Positions 37,245 to 46,294 of a stretch of DNA of 64,000 bases are shown in pieces. Both the position numbers and the translations under genes were made by a program. Where the stretch lies: contig CAYGKO010000001.1 in assembly GCA_964350735.1 (NCBI GenBank), positions 246,578-310,577 of the forward strand, in the 5' to 3' direction. Source of the stretch: an uncultured Candidatus Saccharibacteria bacterium. GTDB lineage: Bacteria; Patescibacteriota; Minisyncoccia; Phycocordibacterales; UBA918. The notes below the pieces were generated by a model. That model was given only the letters and a program-made list of their open reading frames with translations, did no database searches and was not told the origin of the DNA. How positions within the stretch are numbered: position 1 is the stretch's first letter; each line of letters starts with the position of its first letter.

Positions 37245-38018
37245 ATGACTATTACACTAAAATCTGATGAAGATATTAAATTACTCCGAAAAGGTGGAAA
37301 GATTTTAGCGACTATTCTAGATGAGCTTGAAAAAGAAGCAGTGCCCGGCAATACCACACTTGATATTGATGATCGGGCAATGGAGCTGATCGAAGAGTAT
37401 GGTGTCCAGCCAATGATCCTCGGGTATGCAGCTCATTTTGCACCGCGGCCATACCCAGCAGCGACGTGTGTGTCACTCAATGACGTGGTGGTGCACGGGA
37501 TCCCAAATGAAGATCCGGAAGAGATTCAAGCAGGCGATGTCGTATCAATCGACCTGGTGATTGGCTACCAGGGGATTATTGTCGACTCAGCGCGGACGGT
37601 GATAGCCGGTGAAGGGAGCGCTGAAGACGTGGAGCTACTTGAAGTCACTAAGGCAGCTCTGAAAGCCGGGATTAAGGCAGCCGTCCCGGGGGCGTATATC
37701 AATGACATCGGCAAAGCAATTGAAGCGGTGGTACCAAAGAAGTTTGGGATCGTCACTGACTTTTGCGGGCACGGCGTTGGTTATGAACTGCACGAAGAAC
37801 CACAAATTCCGAATTTTTCTATGAAAGGCGAATCACCGATGATTGAGCCCGGTATGGTGCTCGCCATCGAGCCGATGATCACTGCCGGCAAGAAAGACGT
37901 GTTTATTGATAGTGCTGATGGGTACACAGTATTTACCCGCGATGGCTCAGCGTCTGCTCATATGGAGCACACCGTTTTAATAACGAAAAAAGGACCAGAG
38001 GTATTGACTATTAAGTAG
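37245..38018 (+). CDS. map: Methionine aminopeptidase type I
   Basis: CVSLND.VVHGIP, DSART, GHGVG..LHEEP, AIEPM, SAHMEHT. Confidence 0.96.
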   Translation: MTITLKSDEDIKLLRKGGKILATILDELEKEAVPGNTTLDIDDRAMELIEEYGVQPMILGYAAHFAPRPYPAATCVSLNDVVVHGIPNEDPEEIQAGDVVSIDLVIGYQGIIVDSARTVIAGEGSAEDVELLEVTKAALKAGIKAAVPGAYINDIGKAIEAVVPKKFGIVTDFCGHGVGYELHEEPQIPNFSMKGESPMIEPGMVLAIEPMITAGKKDVFIDSADGYTVFTRDGSASAHMEHTVLITKKGPEVLTIK

Positions 38019-38066
38019 TTTTGTGGTTAAATTGTTAAGATTCGGTCTTTATAAAGGGAGGTGACC

Positions 38067-38606
38067 ATGAAATTAAGAGCCTGATGTTCTGTACAAAACA
38101 GCGACATCTATCTAAAGTTCGACTTCGTCGAGACGATAGGGGTGTCGCAAGACACAACTATTTTCAAAGACACGGAGAAGAATCAATGACTTATCACACC
38201 GACTATCTCGCTATCAGCGCGATCCACAAGCCTGAAATTACTGAAGAAGGCAATATCCAACTCTGGATGTCGCCTGGTCATTTCGGTGAGACGGGTTGTG
38301 GTATCAGCGTCACGAGCACCTCGTTGCAGCTGCTCTATCGCGCATTGCCACGCTGGATTACATGCCTGGCTTCGATCGAATCTGGTGAGCTGGTGATTCG
38401 CCTGAAATACTTCGGAGTGTGTGTTCTGCGCATTTCTCCGTTGCAGATTCAGCGGATCTAGTGAAGTAGGTTCTCTTCGTCATCCGACGGAGAGCATGCT
38501 TGAATTAGGAGGAATTTTTGGATGGGAATCCATCTGCACGCTGCCTGGCGGTGTGGCGACCCTATTCGTGGGTCGCCGGGGAAAGGAGCTTTCGAGCTCC
38601 ACCTAG
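38067..38606 (+). other. Accessory locus, possibly degraded: SD-led 5-codon ORF, 125-aa ORF (38084-38461) and overlapping 61-aa ORF
   Basis: SD AAAGGGAGGT precedes ATG 38067, which stops after MKLRA; TGATG overlap to 38084; alternative start at 38186. Confidence 0.4.
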
Positions 38607-38696
38607 GCGGCTCTTTTTCTTTTTGAATACATCTAATATTGGACGTACGCTCTAACAATTTTATAAATTAGTAGCGTCGGCTGCTATACTTTTAGT

Positions 38697-40406
38697 ATGC
38701 AGAAAAGTGTACTGGTACTAGGTGGTGGGGTGGCTGGACTCACAGCTGCTCATGAACTCATTGAACGAGGCTTTTCGGTGACGGTTATTGAGCCACATGC
38801 ACTAGCTGGGGGTAAAGCTAAGAGTGTTGGGGTGGCTGGTACTGGTACGAAAGGTCGTAAAGACCTGCCTGGTGAACATGGCTTCCGATTTTTCCCCGGC
38901 TTTTACCAGCACCTCCCCGAGACGATGCAACGTATTCCCTATGGCAAAGGAGTAGTGCTTGATAATTTAGTGAACGCAACTGAAACATTTGTGGCTGATG
39001 CGGAGCATGGATCGTTTAAAACCTCGACTACCTACTGGGGTAATTTGCGCAACTCTATTTCTGTGATGCGTGGCACTAATCGTCTCAATCAGCTTGGTAT
39101 TCCGGAAGAAGATCTTGAGCACTTTGGAAAAGCTCTTTGGCAGGTATTTTCGATGTGTCAGGAGCGCCGAGATACTGAACTTGACGCGGTCAGTTGGTGG
39201 GAGTTTATGGATGCTGATAATCGCTCGCAGGTCTATCAAGACCAGATGGTTATTAATACCACCAAGACTTTGGTCGCGAGTGATCCGTGGCGGGCTACGG
39301 CGCGGACGGTGGGTACCATTGCGATTCAGATGTTTCAAGACATGCAAAAGCTAAAAGGTAATTCTGACCGAGTGTTATGTGGTCCAACCAATGAAGTCTG
39401 GATTGAGCCTTGGTATTGGCATTTACATCATCTCGGAGTCACTTTTGTACACGGGGAGTCAGTGACGGCTATCACCGAGAGTGAGGGGGCGGTCGTGAGT
39501 ATTCAGACTCGAGATGATGCTAATGAATTGCACACACATGCCGCCGATGAGTATGTGTTAGCGGTACCAGTTGAGGTAGCGGCTCCGTTATTGAAGCCAC
39601 TACAGAAACTGGATGATCAATTCAAAGACCTGCAAGAATTGGCTACTATGATCAATTGGATGAATGGGATTCAGTATTACTTATATGAAGATGTGCCGAT
39701 CGTGCATGGACACGAAATGTTGCCGCAGACAAAGTGGGCTTTAACGGCCATCTCGCAAGCCCAATTCTGGCCTGATTTTGACTTAACTGGGTATGGAGAC
39801 GGAAAGGTACAGGGAGTGCTGTCCGTAGATATTTCAGATTGGCACGTTCCTGGATTGCTTCATAAAAAGCCGGCGATTAACTGCACGCCCGAAGAAATTG
39901 CAGAGGAGACCTGGTATCAACTAAAACGAGCTATCAATGTTGATGAAGAATTGCTGACAGATGAAAATAAACATTCGTGGTTTTTAGATCCTGACATTCA
40001 GCGCTCACCGCAGAACCCACACGAAAACATTAATCTTGAGCCTTTGCTGGTAAATTTGATTAACAGTTGGGAGTTGCGGCCGAATGTCGCCACTAAACTA
40101 GCAAATCTATTCTTAGCCTCAGATTATGTCAAAAATAATACTGACCTGGCTACCATGGAAGGAGCGAATGAATCTGCTCGTCGAGCAGTGAATTACATTC
40201 TTGATAAAGATCAGACTGAACATTCGCATAAGCCTTGTAAAGTATTTCCACTGCGCGAGCCAATGTATGCCCGTTTATTACAACGCTACGATAAAAAACG
40301 CTTTGATCGGGGACTACCCTGGCGAGCCCGTCCACCGATGTGGTTGTTTTGGCCGGTAGCGCTGTTTATGGTGTTGTATCGTCTGGGAACTGGTTTGAAA
40401 AAGTAG
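38697..40406 (+). CDS. FAD-dependent oxidoreductase (carotenoid desaturase/HpnE-like amine-oxidase fold)
   Basis: GGGVAGLTAAHEL.ERG, GGKAKS, LPGEHGFRFFPGFY, NLFLASDYV, ATMEGANES.R.AVN. Confidence 0.82.
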   Translation: MQKSVLVLGGGVAGLTAAHELIERGFSVTVIEPHALAGGKAKSVGVAGTGTKGRKDLPGEHGFRFFPGFYQHLPETMQRIPYGKGVVLDNLVNATETFVADAEHGSFKTSTTYWGNLRNSISVMRGTNRLNQLGIPEEDLEHFGKALWQVFSMCQERRDTELDAVSWWEFMDADNRSQVYQDQMVINTTKTLVASDPWRATARTVGTIAIQMFQDMQKLKGNSDRVLCGPTNEVWIEPWYWHLHHLGVTFVHGESVTAITESEGAVVSIQTRDDANELHTHAADEYVLAVPVEVAAPLLKPLQKLDDQFKDLQELATMINWMNGIQYYLYEDVPIVHGHEMLPQTKWALTAISQAQFWPDFDLTGYGDGKVQGVLSVDISDWHVPGLLHKKPAINCTPEEIAEETWYQLKRAINVDEELLTDENKHSWFLDPDIQRSPQNPHENINLEPLLVNLINSWELRPNVATKLANLFLASDYVKNNTDLATMEGANESARRAVNYILDKDQTEHSHKPCKVFPLREPMYARLLQRYDKKRFDRGLPWRARPPMWLFWPVALFMVLYRLGTGLKK

Positions 40407-40430
40407 GGGTTGGGTGCGGCCAGATAGGAT

Positions 40431-40469
40431 GCATGCGGGGCAAAATGCATTGCATTTTGCCCCGCATGC
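40431..40469. repeat. 39-bp palindrome with 19-bp arms overlapping the putative ndk promoter
   Basis: GCATGCGGGGCAAAATGCA-T-TGCATTTTGCCCCGCATGC followed by GCTATACT. Confidence 0.85.
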
Positions 40470-40513
40470 GCTATACTCACTGCGTTAAATAACTATATAT
40501 TTATTACTATTTT

Positions 40514-41128
40514 ATGGATAATCACCCACACCAAGAGCGAACTTTTGTCATGCTAAAGCCCGATGCGGTACAGCGTGGTTTGATCGGAGAAATAATCAAG
40601 CGATTTGAAGCGACAGGCTTAAAGTGCGCGGCTCTTAAGATGTTTATGGCAGATGAGGAAACACTTTTCGCTCACTACAACAAAGACGAAGCTTGGTTCA
40701 TGAAAAAAGGGAACGGTATCGTTGCAAACCTTACCGAGCAAGGGAAGCCGGTAGAAAAAGAAGCTATCGAATACGGGAAAGATATTATTCGCCAGAATGC
40801 GGTATTCATGATGCAGTCACCACTGGTGGCGATGGTGTGGGAAGGAAACCAGGCCGGAGCTGTAATCAAGAAGTTGGTTGGTACTACTGAACCATCTACA
40901 TCTGATGTAGGTACTATTCGAGGTGATTACACGGTTGATTCATATGCTCACGCCGCGTACGAAGATCGAGCGGTACGAAACCTGATCCACTGTACTGATC
41001 CAGAAGATGGTCCTGAAGAGGCGAGCCGAGAAATTAATCTTTGGTTCAAGCCAGAGGAGTTCATGGATTATATGACAGCGCAGGAGCGCATCATGTACGA
41101 TGTAAACCTTGATGGTGAAAAAGACTAA
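40514..41128 (+). CDS. ndk: Nucleoside-diphosphate kinase
   Basis: ERTFVMLKPDAVQRGLIGEII.RFE, GTIRGDY, RNLIHCTD, EI.LWF. Confidence 0.95.
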   Translation: MDNHPHQERTFVMLKPDAVQRGLIGEIIKRFEATGLKCAALKMFMADEETLFAHYNKDEAWFMKKGNGIVANLTEQGKPVEKEAIEYGKDIIRQNAVFMMQSPLVAMVWEGNQAGAVIKKLVGTTEPSTSDVGTIRGDYTVDSYAHAAYEDRAVRNLIHCTDPEDGPEEASREINLWFKPEEFMDYMTAQERIMYDVNLDGEKD

Positions 41129-41193
41129 CTCCTAAAAAACCGGCCGGTATGCAAAAGCGTACCGGCCGGTTTTCGTTCATGATATACTTTGAG

Positions 41194-41353
41194 TGGAACC
41201 ACCATAACGTATGTTCCGATTAAACATATATGCAGGGCTGCGTGTAGACGCGAGGCGGACTGAGGACCGATTTTATTATAAGGCCGGACTTCAAACACAA
41301 ATCGGTAAGCGTGCCCACCTGGTTTTACCCAGGAGCATACGAGTGTGGTTCCA
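41194..41353 (+). ncRNA. ssrS: Probable 6S RNA
   Basis: About 160 nt; closing stem TGGAACCAC..CGTATGTTCC / GGAGCATACG..GTGGTTCCA; A-rich bubble; CCCACCTG 3'-bubble motif as in Firmicute 6S; TGATATACT -10 upstream; hairpin plus T-run downstream. Confidence 0.75.
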
Positions 41354-41404
41354 TGAAAATGCGTCAGCATAAGCTGGCGTTTTTTCGTGGTAAAATTGAT
41401 CTAT

Positions 41405-41779
41405 ATGTTGCAGATCACTACTATTTTGTTTCTTATTTCACTATCGGTATTAGCGGGTATCCACGTGATTGCCGAATATTTGTTCTTATACTGGAAGTTT
41501 TCTTGGTTCGATATTCCGATGCATGCGTTTGGTGGAATCATCATCACGCTTGGGGTGTTTACACTCTATGATTTTAAAGTTATTCCCAAGCTACTGCTCC
41601 AGCTACTGCCGGTCTGGCTGATAGCGTTAGTGATTATTCTTGGCTGGGAGGTTTTTAAGCTGTTTATGGGGAAGGTTATTGATGACACGTTTATCGTCGA
41701 TACAGTTATGGACATCACGATTGGCAGTACTGGAAGTGTTGTGGGGTATTATATTGCTAATAACATTCGACATCTATGA
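41405..41779 (+). CDS. Membrane protein (VanZ/DUF2238-like)
   Basis: WFDIPMHAFGG, GWEVF, DT.MDI..G; overlaps the next gene by ATGA. Confidence 0.7.
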   Translation: MLQITTILFLISLSVLAGIHVIAEYLFLYWKFSWFDIPMHAFGGIIITLGVFTLYDFKVIPKLLLQLLPVWLIALVIILGWEVFKLFMGKVIDDTFIVDTVMDITIGSTGSVVGYYIANNIRHL

Positions 41780-43137
41780 GCAGTACTTTAGGTTTTTATG
41801 GCGGGGTAGGTAATGTAACGGGATCTAACTTTATGCTTGATACAGGCAAAGTAGCTCTCTTGGTAGATTGTGGTTTAGTGCAGGGAGACAAATACGCCCG
41901 CGAAGCCAATGCTGAAGATTTTGCCTACAATCCAGCTGATGTAGATGTCCTGTTTGTGACTCACGCCCACGCTGATCATATTGGGCGCATCCCCAAGTTG
42001 GTGCGCGATGGTTTCCGCGGGAAGATTTATTCCACGCATCCTACGTTGGAGCTCGCTCGGATTATGTTTGATGATGCAGTGAATATTATGGAGCAGGAAG
42101 CTCGTCGGTTTAATACCACACCCATCTACGATGAAGGCAATATCAATCAAGCACTCGATTTGTGGCACGGAGTCGAATATAAAGAGCATATAGAGGTAGG
42201 AGATGGTATTACGGCGTATTTTACCGATGCGGGGCATATTTTGGGCTCTGGGATGGTGAATCTAGAGCGAGAGGGTAAGAAAATGGTCTTTACCGGTGAC
42301 ATTGGTAATGTACCGCAACCACTGCTTAATGCCCCAGAAATCCCAACGGACTACGACTATCTCCTGATGGAAAGTGTCTATGGTGATCGCAAGCACGAAG
42401 AAGTGGCTGAACGTTCAAAACTACTACAAGGGTATATCGAAGACACCATCCAAAAGCGGGGGACACTGATCATTCCAGCCTTTAGTCTGGAACGAACGCA
42501 GGGTATGTTGTTTGAAATAAATAACTTAGTGGAGTCAGGCAAGATCCCACCGATTGCTACTTATTTAGATTCGCCGCTTGCGATCCGCGTGACTGATGTC
42601 TATCGGCATTACGTGCATTATCTTAAAGAAGACGTCCGTAATCAGATTGATGGTGGTGATGATATTTTTGCGTTCGAAGGCCTTTCGTTTACCGAGTCAG
42701 TAAAAGAGTCGCGCGCCATTATGAGTAGTGGTGGACCGAAGATTATCATTGCTGGATCAGGGATGAGTCATGGTGGACGGATCTTAGCTCATGAGAAGCG
42801 TTTCTTAGGGGAGGCCACGACCACGGTACTCTTAGTGGGGTATCAAACTGTCGGAAGTGTGGGACGTCTACTGCAAGACGGAGCTAAGAAAGTAAACATC
42901 AATGGGGAAGATGTGAAAGTAAAAGCCCGAGTAGCCAGGATTCGAGGGTATTCAGGACACGCTGACCGCGATCAATTAATTGATTTGGTTTATCGCAGCC
43001 AAGCCAATCCAAAACAAGTTTTTGTGGCCATGGGAGAGGAACGAGCATCGCTCTTTTTAGTACAACGCTTACGTGATTACCTTGGTCTAAATGCTGTGGC
43101 TCCAGGAGAGAATGAAGAAATAGAAATAGATTTTTAA
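41776..43137 (+). CDS. MBL-fold beta-CASP ribonuclease (YSH1-like)
   Basis: VTGS, THAHADHIG, AGHILGS, FTGD, MESVYG, PAFSLER.Q, AGSGM..GGRI..H, SGHAD. Confidence 0.92.
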   Translation: MSSTLGFYGGVGNVTGSNFMLDTGKVALLVDCGLVQGDKYAREANAEDFAYNPADVDVLFVTHAHADHIGRIPKLVRDGFRGKIYSTHPTLELARIMFDDAVNIMEQEARRFNTTPIYDEGNINQALDLWHGVEYKEHIEVGDGITAYFTDAGHILGSGMVNLEREGKKMVFTGDIGNVPQPLLNAPEIPTDYDYLLMESVYGDRKHEEVAERSKLLQGYIEDTIQKRGTLIIPAFSLERTQGMLFEINNLVESGKIPPIATYLDSPLAIRVTDVYRHYVHYLKEDVRNQIDGGDDIFAFEGLSFTESVKESRAIMSSGGPKIIIAGSGMSHGGRILAHEKRFLGEATTTVLLVGYQTVGSVGRLLQDGAKKVNINGEDVKVKARVARIRGYSGHADRDQLIDLVYRSQANPKQVFVAMGEERASLFLVQRLRDYLGLNAVAPGENEEIEIDF

Positions 43138-43140
43138 GAC

Positions 43141-43815
43141 ATGGATTATTTGCTTGAGATTGGCTTAGCGTTACTGATGTTTTTAATATTCATGGGAGCG
43201 CCTTTCTTACCGCTACTCCATAATGTGTTGGATTATTGTCGATCTAGTCTAGTGTCTTCTGTATGGTATATCTTTGGCACTCTGGTTCTGTATTACCATA
43301 CTAGTGTTTCTGAAGTATTTTCTATTCAGGATATGTCTCTCGCCGCTATCGCTGGAATACTCGTTGTCATGTTGACGTTTTATTTTTCAAAGCAATGGCA
43401 AAGTATCGGAAGACCTCTGATGCCACACACACCGTATAGTGAGGGGTCGACTACTTTCTATGATTACACGCATCGCTATGCGTTCGTTAAAGCACTTGAA
43501 ATATATTTTCAGAACGTGGCCGCAGCAGCCATTATTGTGGCCATTTATGCGATGACAGATTCTGTGCTCGTAACAGGAGTAGTGTTTGGCGGATTATTCT
43601 TCGCCGCTCACACACCGTCCTTTTTCTTTTTTGGAAAGGAGTGGATTTTTTTCATAACAGTTGCTGCTCTGGTGGCAGGAGCATTCCCAGCTGTCGCTAT
43701 ACTACTGGTGCCAGGAGGAATTCTCTATTTATTTTCATTCCACAGTTTGATGTATTTGCTGTTTTTGTTTTTTATGCGAAGGAAGAGACTTAGTGAGGGA
43801 TATGCGCTACCTTAA
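43141..43815 (+). CDS. Membrane protein, degenerate CPBP/Abi protease-like
   Basis: Multiple TMs; LEIYFQ, FFAAH and FHS.MY echo the EExxFR/FxxxH/HxxxN motifs. Confidence 0.5.
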   Translation: MDYLLEIGLALLMFLIFMGAPFLPLLHNVLDYCRSSLVSSVWYIFGTLVLYYHTSVSEVFSIQDMSLAAIAGILVVMLTFYFSKQWQSIGRPLMPHTPYSEGSTTFYDYTHRYAFVKALEIYFQNVAAAAIIVAIYAMTDSVLVTGVVFGGLFFAAHTPSFFFFGKEWIFFITVAALVAGAFPAVAILLVPGGILYLFSFHSLMYLLFLFFMRRKRLSEGYALP

Positions 43816-44212
43816 AGTTGTATACAAGGTTAATTAAAAAGTTACATAAACCGGTTGGAGCTGCCATCAAAAACCTTGCTAAGAGAGGTGCTAATTCAAA
43901 TTGTGTCATAAGGAAGTTACTGCCAAAAATACTGATGAGTAAGCCACTTGCGGCAATAATAGAGAAGTATATAAAACCTGCTGCCACGCCTCGTTTGGTG
44001 CCTCTAAAGGTGTATTTTCGAAAAATGAAATAACTGATTGACAGTGATACGAAGAACCCAGTTCCGATTGCGGTTAGTGTTGGGATCGAGAAAACGTAGA
44101 GTAACATTGCTGTTAACGATAATTCTCCAGCAAGGGTCGCGAGTCCCACAAAGAAGAACGAAACAAATCGTTTGTAGACATTTTCTTTATTGGAAATAAT
44201 CGTTTGTAACAT
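43790..44212 (-). CDS. GtrA family protein
   Basis: RFVSFFFVG, SYFIFRKYTF, NFLINLVYNF; 4 TM. Confidence 0.85.
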   Translation of the reverse strand: MLQTIISNKENVYKRFVSFFFVGLATLAGELSLTAMLLYVFSIPTLTAIGTGFFVSLSISYFIFRKYTFRGTKRGVAAGFIYFSIIAASGLLISIFGSNFLMTQFELAPLLARFLMAAPTGLCNFLINLVYNFKVAHIPH

Positions 44213-44287
44213 TTGTGTATCAGCTTAGCATGAGAATTCTCATTGTTTTGATTTGGCACTTGGAGGTAAGTGAATTATTATTGAGCA

Positions 44288-44950
44288 GTGAAAAATAAAA
44301 CAGCATTATACGGAGGCTTAGTTTGGTTGTTAGCTGGAATTGGTTTAACCACGTACGGCATCGTTGGTTTATCTGGATTAGCCGTTCCAGGCGTAGAGCA
44401 ATTAGTTGGTTTTATCAGTGGGATTGAGGGGAGGTATATTTACGCAGCGGCGTTTCTGGCAATCTTAATTGAGGGATTATATTTTATTGGTAGCTTTTTC
44501 CCTGGTACTACGCTTATTATTGTGGTTGCAGTTTTATCACAAGCGCAAAGCTGGTTTACGTTTGCGCTGACCATTCTGTCTATTTTCTTAGGGTGGTGTG
44601 TGGCTGGGATTATTAATATTACGATGGCGAGCAAACTCGCTTCACACCAAGCTCCTGAGCCAGTTGAGGTGAAGGATCGATTGTTTATAACGTGGTTTCC
44701 CGCGTTCCGGGCTAACTATGAGGTTTCCCAGGTGGTAGCCGGGGCAGATCCGTATAAAGTGTTTTTATCATCAGTTCGAGTGCGGGCCTGGGCTAGTTTG
44801 GCAGCAGCAGTTGGGGTGGCGATCCTGCCGCTCATTGTGGACGTGACAGAAATGAAAAACGAAGAAGGTTTTGCCTCCCTATTTGTCATTGCTGCGATAA
44901 TGCTGGGAACGGGAACGTGGCAAATTCGTTCATATCGACGGAATAGATAG
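44288..44950 (+). CDS. DedA-like membrane protein
   Basis: ILIEGLYFIGSFFPG motif, several TMs. Confidence 0.6.
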   Translation: MKNKTALYGGLVWLLAGIGLTTYGIVGLSGLAVPGVEQLVGFISGIEGRYIYAAAFLAILIEGLYFIGSFFPGTTLIIVVAVLSQAQSWFTFALTILSIFLGWCVAGIINITMASKLASHQAPEPVEVKDRLFITWFPAFRANYEVSQVVAGADPYKVFLSSVRVRAWASLAAAVGVAILPLIVDVTEMKNEEGFASLFVIAAIMLGTGTWQIRSYRRNR

Positions 44951-45011
44951 GGGACAGCATTATAAAACCCGCTCATGAGTGAGCGGGTTTTATGTGTCGT
45001 TAGGCGAGTGA

Positions 45012-45359
45012 CTATTTTGTCACGGTATCAACAACTCGTTGGAATACTTCTGGTCGGTCTTTTGCTAGTGTGGCTAGGACTTTTCGGTTTACACCGATGT
45101 TTTTGTCAGACATAGCTTTCATGAAGCGACTGTACTGCATACCCTGGGCTTTAAGGGCAGCATTGATGCGAGTGATCCAGAGTGATCGGAAATCACCTTT
45201 TTTGTCCTTACGGTGATCAAACGCGTATAGTTGTGCGTGATAGATTGCTTCTCGGGCATTTTTTACCTTAGTCGAACGACCAAATCGGTACCCCTTTACT
45301 TGTGCGAGGATATTGCGACGGCGCTTTTGGGCCATCAAACCTCCTTTTACTCGTGCCAT
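45012..45359 (-). CDS. rplT: 50S ribosomal protein L20
   Basis: MARVKGG, KGYR, FRSLWITRINAA, YSRF, NRKVLA. Confidence 0.98.
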   Translation of the reverse strand: MARVKGGLMAQKRRRNILAQVKGYRFGRSTKVKNAREAIYHAQLYAFDHRKDKKGDFRSLWITRINAALKAQGMQYSRFMKAMSDKNIGVNRKVLATLAKDRPEVFQRVVDTVTK

Positions 45360-45383
45360 AGTTGGTTATTTAAAGATTAGTAA

Positions 45384-45575
45384 TTACGCACCTGTTTTAG
45401 GTAGGAATTGTCGGGTAATGCGCTTGCTCAGGGTAAGCAGCTGGGTTCGCTTGCGTCGTAGTCGCTGTCGACCAGTTTGACGAGCGTTGAAGTGGTTTTG
45501 GCCAGGCTTACGGGCAACCAGCTTACCGTTTTTGGTCACTTTGATTCGTTTGCTGTATGACTTGTTTGTTTTCAT
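45384..45575 (-). CDS. rpmI: 50S ribosomal protein L35
   Basis: MKTNKS..KRIKVTKNGK, HFN; directly upstream of rplT. Confidence 0.93.
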   Translation of the reverse strand: MKTNKSYSKRIKVTKNGKLVARKPGQNHFNARQTGRQRLRRKRTQLLTLSKRITRQFLPKTGA

Positions 45576-45694
45576 AAATAATCTATTTAGTTCGGGGTAT
45601 TTCACTGTGAGAAGCAGTAAAAAGTGGGCCAAATATACCTTATTTAGCACAGAAAGTCCACTCTTTTTAAAGAACCTCATGGTACTATTTTTAT

Positions 45695-46294
45695 ATGAAT
45701 TACAATGAATTAGTGCTGGCCTCCACGTCACCGCGTCGAATTGAGATTTTAGGTAATACAGGTATTGCGTTTCGAACAGAGGCAAGTACTTACGAAGAGG
45801 ACATGACACTGCCTATGCAGGCTCATGAGCTTGTACGGTATCTGGCGACTGGTAAAGCCTCCGAAGTATCAGGTCGATTTCCTGAAGATTTAGTAATTGG
45901 CGGTGATACATTTATTGTGCACGAAGGGAATTTTTTAGGGAAGCCTAAGTCTGACGCTGAAGCGAAGCGAACACTGCTTGCAATTAGTGATGAAACGGTA
46001 GAAGTCATCTCGGGCATTGCTTTGTTACACGGTGCGTCTGGATTTGAGAAAACTTTCCATGAAGTCACAACGGTCGAGTTTCGCCAGATTCCGGAAGCGG
46101 CGATTGATATGTACATCAAAACTGGCATCCCATTTGATAGAGCGGGAGCGTTTGGTGTCCAAGATATCGGTGGACGTTTTATAAACGAAATCCGAGGAGA
46201 CCATTTCAATTTAATGGGCTTACCGCTATTTCGACTCTTGGATGAGCTGTATGAAATAGACAAGACTCTACTAGTTCAGCCAGTTACGATCTAG
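45695..46294 (+). CDS. maf: Maf family nucleotide pyrophosphatase
   Basis: LASTSPRR, KA, IGGDT, GKP, DRAGAFGVQ, GD.FN.MGLP. Confidence 0.93.
   Translation: MNYNELVLASTSPRRIEILGNTGIAFRTEASTYEEDMTLPMQAHELVRYLATGKASEVSGRFPEDLVIGGDTFIVHEGNFLGKPKSDAEAKRTLLAISDETVEVISGIALLHGASGFEKTFHEVTTVEFRQIPEAAIDMYIKTGIPFDRAGAFGVQDIGGRFINEIRGDHFNLMGLPLFRLLDELYEIDKTLLVQPVTI

Noticed and set aside
38082-38084. TGA recoding (genetic code 25/4)
   Set aside because: All conserved genes are intact under code 11 with no internal TGA, and TGA terminates genes such as comEC.
45576-45635. L20 leader RNA upstream of rpmI (GCTTCTCAC match)
   Set aside because: Only a 9-nt resemblance to the Firmicute leader; I could not build the rest of the structure.
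45384-45809. 141-aa extended L35, and similarly extended starts for nadV (14393), mazE (57747), ORF 7440-8591 and ORF 8302-8958
   Set aside because: The extensions overlap neighbouring genes or promoters; internal ATGs give family-typical N-termini.
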